A stretch of 64,000 nucleotides of DNA from positions 160,001 to 224,000 of the IMG/VR virus record IMGVR_UViG_3300037067_004891; one strand, given 5' to 3'. A program made the position numbers and the translations under genes. Source of the stretch: a virus (taxonomy: Duplodnaviria; Caudoviricetes). Of this stretch, positions 20,598 to 30,599 are shown piece after piece (the stretch's first letter is position 1; every line of letters begins with the position of its first letter). Below the pieces are notes generated by a model that was not told the origin of the DNA, did no database searches, and worked only from the letters and a program-made list of their open reading frames with translations.

Positions 20598-20984
20598 ATG
20601 GAAGAAGACATATTAGATATAATAAAAAAGATACAAGAAGCTCGTAATCCCAAATATTTTTTATGGCAAATAATTAAAGATACTGAGTGGTTTACTGCTA
20701 AGTATAATTCTAATATTTTAGTTGGAAAGAAAAATGATGTTGTTTATTTTAATTACGATAAGAAAAATCACACTTTATATTATGATTACAACAAAATATA
20801 CACAGTTTTAGAAACGAAATATCATCTTAACAGATTGAATGCTAATGAAATAATTGGTGGTATGGTGAGTGAACACACAAAAATGAGGGTTGACACAACC
20901 AAGGTGCAGGAGTACAGATATATAAGAATGGTGAGTGAACACACAAAAATGAGGGTTGACACAACTCATTTATATCAATTTTAA
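20598..20984 (+). CDS. array-fused cassette protein, copy 2
   Basis: Paralog of 2776-3111 and 48102-48443; reads through two repeats (VSEHTKMRVDTT twice). Confidence 0.8.
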   Translation: MEEDILDIIKKIQEARNPKYFLWQIIKDTEWFTAKYNSNILVGKKNDVVYFNYDKKNHTLYYDYNKIYTVLETKYHLNRLNANEIIGGMVSEHTKMRVDTTKVQEYRYIRMVSEHTKMRVDTTHLYQF

Positions 20985-21351
20985 TATCTTCCTTAGGTGA
21001 GTGAACACACAAAAATGAGGGTTGACACAACTATTCGCATTGCAATCGCCTTCTTCATGTTCGGTGAGTGAACACACAAAAATGAGGGTTGACACAACCA
21101 AGTATAAACCCGTTGTGCTTCATCATTAGGTGAGTGAACACACAAAAATGAGGGTTGACACAACTGGTGTATTGCGTTTCTCTATTATGTGGGCAGGTGA
21201 GTGAATATACAAAAATGAGGGTTGACACAACATTAGAGAGTTTATAAATGCGAAAAAAGGGGGTGAGTGAATATACAAAAATGAGGGTTGACACAACTGT
21301 TCTATGGTGGTTCAACAGACAACACATTGGTGAGTGAACACACAAAATGAG
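20864..21351 (+). CRISPR. CRISPR-like array 2 (repeat A): 7 full repeats plus 1 truncated
   Basis: Repeats start at 20864, 20930, 20996, 21063, 21129, 21196, 21262 (last two with GAATATAC variant); truncated copy at 21329; spacers 30,30,31,30,31,30,31 nt, all unique. Confidence 0.9.
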
Positions 21352-21394
21352 TGAACTTTTAAAAATTAACAAAACAAATTATAATAAATTCAAA

Positions 21395-21732
21395 ATGAAT
21401 TCGACTGATGAAAAAATGTTGGAATTGTGTTTTGCACAAATTAAATCTTATTTTAAAGATGAAAAAGATTTAGAATTGTATAAAAAATTAACTGACCCCC
21501 CCATTCTATTGGTGGTAGATTACGTAACGAATTAAATCTATGGCATGACAGTGTAATTGCAAAATGGTTTAAATCATTAGGTATATATCACGGTGATGAT
21601 ATGTCTGGAATTATATTAGTTTCTTATCATCGAAAGTTAAATGATATACCTATAAATTTGGAAGAACAAGTTAAACACTATAAAGATTGGTGGGCTAAAT
21701 CAGAAGAATACCGATATGGACAAAAAAACTAA
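21395..21732 (+). pseudogene. DUF6794-like gene frameshifted at a C7 tract
   Basis: Frame change at 21496-21502; downstream frame reads HSIGGRLRNELNLW...GIYHGDDMSGIILVSYHRKLN. Confidence 0.6.
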
Positions 21733-21907
21733 AAGATACGTAAAACTTCACGAATTAAACAAATCTGAAGAACGATTAGAAATCGAAAGAACTCATACAC
21801 TTCACATGGGTATTGTAGATGATGAAGGTGTGGAAGGAATCGTAGAAATTGATAAAAAAAATCCAGATCAAAACGATATAAATCGATGGAACTTCGTTGT
21901 CGAATGA
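21716..21907 (+). CDS. hypothetical protein
   Basis: ORF track. Confidence 0.5.
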   Translation: MDKKTKRYVKLHELNKSEERLEIERTHTLHMGIVDDEGVEGIVEIDKKNPDQNDINRWNFVVE

Positions 21908-22051
21908 ATGGACAGAGGAATGACATTGTTTGTGGTTTCTGGGTTGATAATATCATGTTACCTCATATAAAAAATAAAACAAATTCTGAAACTTCACAAA
22001 ACTATTTGAAAAAAATAGCATATAAGATATAAATTAAAACATTTTATATCT

Positions 22052-22345
22052 ATGGATAATATTTCAGGAAATGTGAATTACACAGAGATGACAGATGAGT
22101 TTCAGAAAAGAAAAAATAAAGAAACTCCAAAAGAAAAAACAAGTTCAATCCAAAATTATAACAAAAAAGAGTTCACAAAAGTTTTAAAAGAATTAACAAC
22201 AAATTTTTATAAGGTATTAGAAAATAGTGAGAAACTTTATGAAATGAGAAGTTTAAAAGAATTAAACGATTTCAAAGTAACTGTCAAATCAGTCGAAAGA
22301 GATTTAAATAAAGTTCACGATATAAACGAAAAAAGTGGGGAATGA
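22052..22345 (+). CDS. hypothetical protein
   Basis: ORF track. Confidence 0.55.
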   Translation: MDNISGNVNYTEMTDEFQKRKNKETPKEKTSSIQNYNKKEFTKVLKELTTNFYKVLENSEKLYEMRSLKELNDFKVTVKSVERDLNKVHDINEKSGE

Positions 22346-22364
22346 CCATGACCCCCACTTTTTT
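22329..22364. terminator. bidirectional intrinsic terminator
   Basis: AAAAAAGTGGGG...CCCCACTTTTTT between convergent genes. Confidence 0.7.
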
Positions 22365-22387
22365 TATTATACAATATCACTTATTAA

Positions 22388-22759
22388 TTATCGAAGAAGT
22401 GCTTGTAATTCTTCCTCAGACATATCTCTAAGTTTACCTTCTCTTTTTTCTGCAATTAAAGTAAGAATCTTTTGATTATGTGCTTTATCTTCAGCAGCAT
22501 TTCTAAGTTCTTCGGCCTCTTTATTCTTAGTAAGATATACATCTTTCAGAATATCGAAACGAAGCTGATTTTCAACATCAACAACCTTGGTATCTTCAAG
22601 GAACGACAATTCATCATCATCGCTCTTTTTCAACACCTTTTTAACTGCTTTTATAGCATTTGAAAGTTCAATTTGAGATAAATCCCAAAGTTGTTCCACT
22701 GATAAGTTTCCTTTACCAGTTAAAACTCTTAATCCTAATTTTGAAGCCTCTTTATACAT
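22388..22759 (-). CDS. conserved-looking phage protein
   Basis: ORF track; same operon as the 721 aa gene. Confidence 0.7.
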   Translation of the reverse strand: MYKEASKLGLRVLTGKGNLSVEQLWDLSQIELSNAIKAVKKVLKKSDDDELSFLEDTKVVDVENQLRFDILKDVYLTKNKEAEELRNAAEDKAHNQKILTLIAEKREGKLRDMSEEELQALLR

Positions 22760-22804
22760 ACGTTTTAATTTTTAATTATTATACTTAATTTTTAAAATTT
22801 TATT

Positions 22805-23368
22805 TCAATGATGTCTTCTTGAACTATTTTCACTAACAGATATCCATCTACAATTTTCAGGTGTATAATTTCCATCGGAATTAATTCTATCTATTGATAA
22901 TTTATCTTTAAATGGTGTGTTTTTTGGCTGTTTAAAATAACCATTACTAATTGACCAATCCCTAAATTTTGTGAAATCGTTTAACTATTCATTACAAACT
23001 ATAATACCTTTACCACCATAATTATGATATTTGAGTGATTTTGGATTATAACATCTTTGTTTAATAGTATTCCAAACAAAAAATAAAGATTTATATTCAT
23101 TATATCCATTGGGTGTATTACCATGTGTTTTTGAATTTTCACCAATTCTTTCACCATTCACCTCTTTCATATAACAACCACAAGACACACTTCTATTATT
23201 CCTTAATGAATATAATAATACATTTGAGATATTACCACATTCACATATACATATGAATACTCTACAAAGTTTTCCACAAGGTTGTCTATGAGATGGTGCT
23301 TCTTTTAATATAGACCATCTTCCAAATTTTTGACCTGAAATTATCAAGATTGGTTTAGCCATTACCAA
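22805..23368 (-). pseudogene. HNH-type homing endonuclease with internal TAG
   Basis: Frame continues after TAG at 22985-22987: LNDFTKFRDWS...SIDRINSDGNYTPENCRW to TGA at 22805. Confidence 0.75.
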
Positions 23369-25520
23369 ATTTAACTTTTATTGTTCGTTTAAATGAACCA
23401 GAAAGTTTTAAAATTACACACTCAGAAACAGTAGCATTAAATCCAACACCTGATAATTGTTTTTCAGTAGGTTCAATCATGGTAGTGTTACCTAATACTT
23501 CAAGAACCTTACGATGTTTAGCCAGTTCAGGTATCAAGTTTTCATTATGAAAACTACGAATATTCACAGGGCATTTACAACCGTCAAGCATGATCAAATA
23601 ATGTTTATTACCTACATTATTATCACCCCAATGATTAGGACTTAGACACACCAAATTAACTTTATGAAATTCATTTGTTTGTAAACCATAAAGTTCTTTA
23701 GATGATGCAATTTCAGGTAGTAAATGCATAATGCTAAATTCCCCATTATTCAAAGTAACTTCAGCTACTTGTACATTGCCTGATACGGGTTTATTATATT
23801 CATAAGAATAATTTTCGCCCCCGAATTCAATTTCAGCTTTGAATCCTTTAGAACCCCTGCTGGCATATTGGTTAATCCACAATTTGTAAACACCATCTTT
23901 CATTCTTTTGATATCAGTCCAAGCGATATTCTCAACAATATTTTTATTACTAAAATTATTAGGTTGAGTTATATCAATATCCAACTGTCCAGACATAGAA
24001 GTTCTATGATTTCCTCTGTCTTTTCTGTAATCAGACGAATAATAAATATGAGTACCATTTGGTTCTTGTGCATGAGCATCTAAATCGGAATTATCTGTTG
24101 GGTCATTTTCTGCCCACATAATAGAGAAACGCAATACACCATCAACCTTACCACCTTTAGCTTCAACAGCATCTTTAATCATCGATTTACCAGCCAAGTT
24201 ACCATTGAATGTCCAACTGTAATTGTTATTCCATTTGAATATAGGTTTGCTTTCTTTATTGTTAGCTGTTGTTAAAGAAACAAGATTACCTTCATATTTG
24301 TTAGACAAATACGCTTCAACTGAAGTACACGAAGGAAGAACATCCGACATAAACTTTTCAATAGTTACTTCTTCCACATTATCAAATTCACTTCCTTTGT
24401 GACGAGTAGAAGTCGATTTAACATTGTCGAATATAGAAACAGTTTTTAATTTACCGTCTCCAACATTGATGTGTTTAATTTCCGAAACTTTAATATCATC
24501 AATTGTGGCAAATCTTCTATTAAAAGATTCTTCATAACCATTTTCTTCAACGAATTTTTTAGCTTCTTCAATTTGTTTCTTGGTAATCGGAGCAACAGTT
24601 TTCATATAATTAACTGGGTCAACTCTTTTATTCCAAGACTGACATGCTTTGTTTAAATCTTCCCCCTCTGCCAATTCGGTGCATAAAGTACCAATTAATT
24701 CATTTTTGAACTTAGCAAATGGAAGTTTATAACTGTTAACCCAACACCAATTATCCCTTTTATCCTCGGATAATTTATCATATTGTTCCTTTAATGGTAT
24801 GATTTGATGTAATTTATACAAATGAGTTTGTCCATCCAGCAGTGAACCTTGGTTAATAAGGTCTTTCACCAGATTGAGTGTATCAAGCGGTATCACTTGC
24901 ATAGCCTTTTGAAAAACATTTTTGGCATCTCGATAATTAGCCATTATTTTTTCAACTGAATCATCACCCATATCTACAAATACCCTTGGTAGATTAAGAT
25001 GTAAATGATTAAATGTTCTAATTTCTTCAGGTTTAACTATGAAAGAATCATCTGAATTTTTATACAATTCAGCTTCATCTTTTGTGTATTGCTTTACGTT
25101 TTTGTCAATACCCAATCTGAAAATTTCATTTGTTTTAGAACATTTCTCATAAGGTAAAGAATTTAGCTCGCTGAAAGTTTCAAAGAAAACACCCGAAACC
25201 GTAGCCGATTTTAGTTTAGAATCTACCACTTTAGCTACTGCACTGTATTCTTCATTTGCATCAACATCAAACATCGTAACAACATTGAGATTTTCATCAA
25301 TGGCAACGATATTACCATATCTACGAATAAAGTTATTACAGTGATTACAGTTATGTGAAGAACTGTCTGGACTTCTGAATATGGGATTGTGTTCTTTTGG
25401 AAAACTTTTAATATACAAATCCCACACTTCTTGACCAGTCAACGAACTACGAAATAACTTACCCGTTTCACACATCTTGTTGAATTGGGCTTGAATTAGT
25501 TTGTTAAACTCAATCATCAC
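23355..25520 (-). CDS. large phage protein (721 aa) of unknown function
   Basis: HNCNHC motif; C-terminal DLDAH / LDIDI region resembling YfaP/DUF2135-type domains. Confidence 0.6.
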   Translation of the reverse strand: MMIEFNKLIQAQFNKMCETGKLFRSSLTGQEVWDLYIKSFPKEHNPIFRSPDSSSHNCNHCNNFIRRYGNIVAIDENLNVVTMFDVDANEEYSAVAKVVDSKLKSATVSGVFFETFSELNSLPYEKCSKTNEIFRLGIDKNVKQYTKDEAELYKNSDDSFIVKPEEIRTFNHLHLNLPRVFVDMGDDSVEKIMANYRDAKNVFQKAMQVIPLDTLNLVKDLINQGSLLDGQTHLYKLHQIIPLKEQYDKLSEDKRDNWCWVNSYKLPFAKFKNELIGTLCTELAEGEDLNKACQSWNKRVDPVNYMKTVAPITKKQIEEAKKFVEENGYEESFNRRFATIDDIKVSEIKHINVGDGKLKTVSIFDNVKSTSTRHKGSEFDNVEEVTIEKFMSDVLPSCTSVEAYLSNKYEGNLVSLTTANNKESKPIFKWNNNYSWTFNGNLAGKSMIKDAVEAKGGKVDGVLRFSIMWAENDPTDNSDLDAHAQEPNGTHIYYSSDYRKDRGNHRTSMSGQLDIDITQPNNFSNKNIVENIAWTDIKRMKDGVYKLWINQYASRGSKGFKAEIEFGGENYSYEYNKPVSGNVQVAEVTLNNGEFSIMHLLPEIASSKELYGLQTNEFHKVNLVCLSPNHWGDNNVGNKHYLIMLDGCKCPVNIRSFHNENLIPELAKHRKVLEVLGNTTMIEPTEKQLSGVGFNATVSECVILKLSGSFKRTIKVKFGNG

Positions 25521-25668
25521 TTTTTATTTATTAAATTATTACTGTCCAGTACTACTACAATTTCATAACTGGAATTATTAATATACAAATGTATAATAAA
25601 AAATAATATACACATGATAAGTATCTTTATTTTTTTTTATATATACCTAAAAAATATTAATAAAAATA

Positions 25669-26160
25669 ATGTTGAAATATATTGATTTTATAAATGAAGA
25701 AGTTTCCCACGCTGATTATCTTAGTTGGAAAAGAAAAAATGTAACTATAAGAGGAATAAGAGATGTTTATGCTGAAGATAATGGTGGTTCAGCTATGTTA
25801 GGTAGAGGTTTATACACAGCAGCTTTATCAAACAAAGCTCTTGCAAAACAATATGGAACAGTACAATTTGTATTTAATGCCATACCTAAAAATCCAAAAA
25901 TATTCAATACTTTAAACGACTGGGAAGTGTGGTTTTATAATACATTAGTTTTTAAATTTTCCAAAGAACAAGGAAAAGATTATCCTGATAAGAGAGATTT
26001 TGAATCTAAATCATCCATTGAAGCTGAGATGATGAAACTCGGATATGATGGTGTAATTATTAAGGGACGTGAAATGGTAAACTATAAACCAGAGAATGTT
26101 TTATATTTTCAAACAGAACAGCAGTTAGAAAATTACTATTATTTCTTAAATGAAAAATAA
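25669..26160 (+). CDS. putative ADP-ribosyltransferase-fold internal head protein
   Basis: N-terminus MLKYIDFINE; RG...GRGLYT...KNP...GYDGVII...E pattern. Confidence 0.5.
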   Translation: MLKYIDFINEEVSHADYLSWKRKNVTIRGIRDVYAEDNGGSAMLGRGLYTAALSNKALAKQYGTVQFVFNAIPKNPKIFNTLNDWEVWFYNTLVFKFSKEQGKDYPDKRDFESKSSIEAEMMKLGYDGVIIKGREMVNYKPENVLYFQTEQQLENYYYFLNEK

Positions 26161-26197
26161 TATTTTTTTTTTAATATATACAAAAAAAAGTTTACAC

Positions 26198-26791
26198 ATG
26201 AAATATATCAAACCATTTTTATTAATAACCGAATCAACTACATTCGAATCTGAATATGCTCAGAAATATAAACCAGAAGGTTATAATTTAATAGCAAGAA
26301 ATGAATCGTATTGGGGATGGGAATATGATACTTCCTATAAATATGCTTTTCTTTATATGAACGATGCTGGTCTTTTAATTTTAAAAATCATAAATGTACA
26401 TATAAAGAGTGGGATTGGTGCTGGAACAAGAGTGTCGTCACTTTTTGAAGGGAAAGTTGGAAATATTAATAAACCTGATATTAAAACAATTCAAGAAAAT
26501 CTTAAAAAATTCGGTCATGATAAATCGAGAGCTGGTTGGCCATTTAGTAGAAATAATTGGATGTCTGTATATTCTGAAGAAAAAATGACACTTGGTGATA
26601 TATTAAAAGATCCCAAAACATCAAGAATGGCTAAAGTTGCAAACATATTAAAAGATGAAACAACAATAAAAAATAAACCAGAAGCATCTGGTGAAAACCG
26701 TGAAAAAATATCATTCATATATAATAATTTAGATAAATTAGATAATTTATCTGATGTTGAACTTGATGATATTATATCTAAATTAAAATAA
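26198..26791 (+). CDS. putative internal head protein
   Basis: Likely start MKYIKPFLLITE; AATATATA upstream. Confidence 0.55.
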   Translation: MKYIKPFLLITESTTFESEYAQKYKPEGYNLIARNESYWGWEYDTSYKYAFLYMNDAGLLILKIINVHIKSGIGAGTRVSSLFEGKVGNINKPDIKTIQENLKKFGHDKSRAGWPFSRNNWMSVYSEEKMTLGDILKDPKTSRMAKVANILKDETTIKNKPEASGENREKISFIYNNLDKLDNLSDVELDDIISKLK

Positions 26792-26795
26792 AAAT

Positions 26796-27479
26796 ATGAA
26801 ACATATAAATTCTTTTTCCGATTATAATTCATTAAACGAAAGCATATCAACTGTTTATAATGATAGAGATAAAATACCTGTTATTACTGATATTGAAGGT
26901 GCAATAAAATTATTTACTGACGGGGTTGATGAATTTAGATATTTAGATTTTTTGTTTGCAATTAATAGAGAAAAACTTACAATGGGCATTTTAAAATTGA
27001 CACCCAAGGGAAAATATTCTGGATATAAGGTTGTTCAAAATTATAGATATGGTAAAATTGAAAGAATAACAGAGGTTATAACACAATTTATACAGAAAGA
27101 AATTGATTTTGCAAATAGAAAAGAAGAAGAAAAAACCAAGAAACAACAGCTCCGTAAAGATATAGTGAATCCATTTAAATTGGGTGATTTACTTTATAGT
27201 TCTTGGGGATATGAACAAACAAATGTCGATTTTTATCAAGTGACAAAAGTTGGGGATAAATCAGTTTGGGTAAGACCAATCGCAAGTGAAATGGTTGAAG
27301 GCACTGCTGGACATGACAGCTCCAATGTTAGACCTATTAAAGATGATTTCAGAGGCGAAGAAGTATATAAACCATTGGTTGTTTCAACATATTCAGATAA
27401 ACCATGTCTCGGTGGCCGTTATCCACTTCGTCCATACACAAGTGGGGATAAAGGTGTTTATTCATCTTGGGGATATTAA
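26796..27479 (+). CDS. putative internal head protein
   Basis: N-terminus MKHINSFSDYNSLNE. Confidence 0.55.
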   Translation: MKHINSFSDYNSLNESISTVYNDRDKIPVITDIEGAIKLFTDGVDEFRYLDFLFAINREKLTMGILKLTPKGKYSGYKVVQNYRYGKIERITEVITQFIQKEIDFANRKEEEKTKKQQLRKDIVNPFKLGDLLYSSWGYEQTNVDFYQVTKVGDKSVWVRPIASEMVEGTAGHDSSNVRPIKDDFRGEEVYKPLVVSTYSDKPCLGGRYPLRPYTSGDKGVYSSWGY

Positions 27480-27501
27480 ACAAATTACATAATTACATAA
27501 T

Positions 27502-27540
27502 AAATGCACGATTATACATACTATCGTGCATTTTTCATTT
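27502..27540 (+). terminator. intrinsic terminator
   Basis: AAATGCACGAT / ATCGTGCATTT stem followed by T-rich tract. Confidence 0.6.
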
Positions 27541-27601
27541 TATATACACATGATTTTTTTATTAAAAAAATATTATTTATTTTTATAACAAATTATTTTA
27601 T

Positions 27602-28105
27602 ATGTTAGACATAAAAATATACAAACAAAAAACTCATTACACTTGTGGTTGTGCCACACTTCAAATGGTATTGGAATATTTCAATATGTCAGTTCCTTCA
27701 GAAGAAGAAAAGATTTCTTTATTGGGAACTAAACCAGAAGAAGGTACAGCATATGAATCTTTAGTAAATGGTGCTAAAAGTTTAGGTTTACAATGTCAAT
27801 TCGGTGAAAATGGAGATTTCGATAAATTAAATGAATATATAGAAGATGGATGGCTTCCTATTATCGCTTATAGTCTGGATGCCCCTCATTATTCAGTTTT
27901 TCTTGGGCATAATGGAAACCACATCAGATTGGCTGACCCCTTCTCAGGTCAAAACCAACATTATCTTATAAAAAAATTTATAAGAAATCAATGGAAAGTA
28001 GATGAGAAAGATTATAAACAGATAATTCAAGAATTTGGGTTATCTTTCAGTTATAATATAAACACTGTTAAATGGTGGGCTATTTTTAAAAAAATGAACA
28101 AGTGA
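27602..28105 (+). CDS. C39-like cysteine peptidase
   Basis: Q....TCG, PHYSV and ADP catalytic Cys/His/Asp pattern. Confidence 0.8.
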   Translation: MLDIKIYKQKTHYTCGCATLQMVLEYFNMSVPSEEEKISLLGTKPEEGTAYESLVNGAKSLGLQCQFGENGDFDKLNEYIEDGWLPIIAYSLDAPHYSVFLGHNGNHIRLADPFSGQNQHYLIKKFIRNQWKVDEKDYKQIIQEFGLSFSYNINTVKWWAIFKKMNK

Positions 28106-28326
28106 ACAAATCATTATGTTGTAATTCCGAAACAAAGGTTGGGAGTTACGATATGTCCCAACGACCTGATATTCATGGACATTTTGTACATGGATTGACA
28201 CAAGCAGTTCCAGTTAATGGAACATATTGCACTAAATGTGGAAAACTATGTGATTACAAAGACACAGAAGAAGGTATCAATTATCTTACAAATGACCAGA
28301 TTAAATGGAATACACTAAGACCATAA
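28102..28326 (+). CDS. small Cys-rich protein
   Basis: SLCC...CTKCGKLC. Confidence 0.55.
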   Translation: MNKSLCCNSETKVGSYDMSQRPDIHGHFVHGLTQAVPVNGTYCTKCGKLCDYKDTEEGINYLTNDQIKWNTLRP

Positions 28327-28591
28327 TAAATACCACATATACTATTTCTGATTCAGGAGTCGTCAAAAACAAAATGGGTCGTATAATAAAACCTCAAATT
28401 AGGGGTTCTAATACGACTTTTTTATTAACAGATGAAAATAAAAATATTATTTGTTATCGTTTAGAAAAATTACTCAATATTTATTTCGGTGTTGAAGAAA
28501 AAATAATAGATCATATTTCTGATTTACCAGAAGAAATTTGGAAGCCAGTTTTAAATTTTGAAGAATTATATGAAATATCCAATTGTGGACG

Positions 28592-30000
28592 GGTTAACCA
28601 ACTGCTAACAAAAATATAATAAAATCTACAAATATTTAATAAAATTAAAACAAAACGTTTTAATTTTAATATAAATTTAATGTTAAAAGCGATAAAAATA
28701 AGGTTGTACCCTAATAAAAATCAAGAAGTTTATATTAATAAACTTCTTGGTTGTTACCGCTTTATGTATAATAAATGCTTAGAGTTAAAGAAAAATAAAT
28801 ATACTGAAGAAAATATTTCTTTAGGTTTAAAAGATTTAGGAAAACATTTTCATCAAAATTTAACTAAAAATAATGATTATATTTTTCTTAAAGAACACAA
28901 TACCAAGGTTTTAAAACAAGCAATTATTAATCTTTTAGATTCTTACAAAAACTTTTTCATAAATGGAACTGGTTTTCCTAAATTTAAATCAAAGAAAGAC
29001 AACAAACATTCTTGTAGGTTTCCAGCAGAAAGTGTAAGTAAAAAGAATAATTATTTATCTGGGAAATTAACTTTAACCAGTCAAATTAAAGATATAAAAT
29101 TCAAATGTTCAGATAATTATAAAAATTATTTAGATAAATATAAAAATAATATTCGGTCAGCTACTCTTACTAAAACTGCTTCTGGAAATTATTTTTTAAG
29201 CGTTTTAGTTGATGGAAATATTGAAAAACAACTACCCAAACCTATAAATGAAATTGTTGGGATAGATTTGGGAATAAAGGACTTCGTGATTAGCTCCGAA
29301 GGAGCTGTTTACGAAAACCTTAAAACCCAAAGAGCCAACGAGAAGCAGCTCATTAAATTGCAAAAACAACTGTCTAAAAAAGTTATAGGAAGTAGAAACA
29401 GAAACAAAGCAAGAAAAAAATTAGCTAAAAAATATGATAAAATAAATAACAAGAAAGAAAAATATTTACATTTTGTTGCAAACCAATTACTTAATGATAA
29501 TCAAATTATAGTGTTGGAAGATTTAAATGTAAAAGGTATGTTGAAAAATCACTGTCTATCAAAATCAATACAAGAACTGTCACTAAACAGGTTTAAAAAT
29601 ATTTTAAGTTATAAATCTGCCTGGTATGATAGAAATTTAATTGAAGTTGATCGGTGGTTTCCTTCATCAAAGCTCTGTAACTGTTGTGGTTATAAAAAGA
29701 AAGACTTGAAATTAAATGATAGAGTGTGGGTCTGTCCCAACTGTGGGGTCGTTCACGACCGTGATTTTAACGCTGCTATAAATATAAGAGAAGAAGGGAA
29801 AAGAATTTTTAACAGTAAAATAACTGACTTTCAATCAAAAAAAGATTTTCAAGTAGGCAACCGTTTTGCCGAATTTACGCTTGTGGACTCCCCAACTATG
29901 GATGACCCAATCAGAAATGGTTTGCTAAAAAGTAGTGAGAGTGTGAAACAAGAAGAAATATTTTTAACAAATTTGTAATTTTTGTTAGATTTTTTTGAAC
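28592..30000 (+). mobile_element. tnpB-only insertion element, IS607-like ends
   Basis: GGTTAA at both junctions; subterminal inverted repeat CTAACAAAAAT (28605-28615) / ATTTTTGTTAG (29978-29988); no tnpA. Confidence 0.8.
28680..29978 (+). CDS. tnpB: TnpB RNA-guided nuclease
   Basis: KIRLYPN HTH, GIDLG, LEDL, CNCC/CPNC zinc finger, HDRDFNAAINI. Confidence 0.95.
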   Translation: MLKAIKIRLYPNKNQEVYINKLLGCYRFMYNKCLELKKNKYTEENISLGLKDLGKHFHQNLTKNNDYIFLKEHNTKVLKQAIINLLDSYKNFFINGTGFPKFKSKKDNKHSCRFPAESVSKKNNYLSGKLTLTSQIKDIKFKCSDNYKNYLDKYKNNIRSATLTKTASGNYFLSVLVDGNIEKQLPKPINEIVGIDLGIKDFVISSEGAVYENLKTQRANEKQLIKLQKQLSKKVIGSRNRNKARKKLAKKYDKINNKKEKYLHFVANQLLNDNQIIVLEDLNVKGMLKNHCLSKSIQELSLNRFKNILSYKSAWYDRNLIEVDRWFPSSKLCNCCGYKKKDLKLNDRVWVCPNCGVVHDRDFNAAINIREEGKRIFNSKITDFQSKKDFQVGNRFAEFTLVDSPTMDDPIRNGLLKSSESVKQEEIFLTNL

Positions 30001-30599
30001 GGTTAAATCTATTAATTTCAATAATGAAAAACATTCTCAATTGATAAAACAATCTGTATCCAAAAAAGGATACCTAAGAGTTAGAATCAATAAAAATAAT
30101 AATAGATACACTCTGAATGTTCATCGGATGGTAGCTACTGCATTTATACCTAATTCTGATAATAAGCCTCAGATCAATCATTCTGATGGGAACAAGAAGA
30201 ACAACTACTTCACCAATCTCGAATGGTCAACCAATCAGGAAAACCAAGATCATGCAAGAGGAATGGGATTGATACAACCACCACCAAGAGGATATGATAA
30301 CACTTGTTCATTGGAAGTATTACAGTATGATAAATATACATTGGATTTAATTAAAAGATGGGGCAGTATTGGAGAAGCATCAAGAGATTTAAAAATACCG
30401 ACTACAAATATATCAAAATCGAGTAGTCGCAAACGAATGATAGCTGGTGGTTTTATTTGGAGATATTCAGATGATGAAATAAAATTTCCAAAATGCCCAT
30501 ATTGCAATAAAGAAAATAAAAATTTAAATTATTCTAATACTCAACATAGAAAAGTAATATGTTCAAATTGTGGTTATAATTTTTTGTTAATTTTATAAT

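Larger units (their letters stand above)
28305..30598 (+). pseudogene. NUMOD4-HNH homing endonuclease interrupted by tnpB element
   Basis: N-part EIWKPV...YEISNCGR; C-part VHRMVA...INHSDGNKKNN...NLEW; removing 28592-30000 restores a 294 aa frame. Confidence 0.85.

Noticed and set aside
20598-21351. Diversity-generating retroelement or TIGR-Tas as explanation for the cassettes
   Set aside because: No reverse transcriptase or adenine-specific TR/VR pair in the window; no Nop-domain protein or dual short-spacer structure
22985-22987. Genome-wide TAG reassignment
   Set aside because: Long genes are intact under the standard code, and the expected residue here is Trp, not Gln
28592-28679. IStron (group I intron plus tnpB)
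   Set aside because: Only 88 AT-rich nt lie between the left junction and tnpB, too short for a ribozyme core
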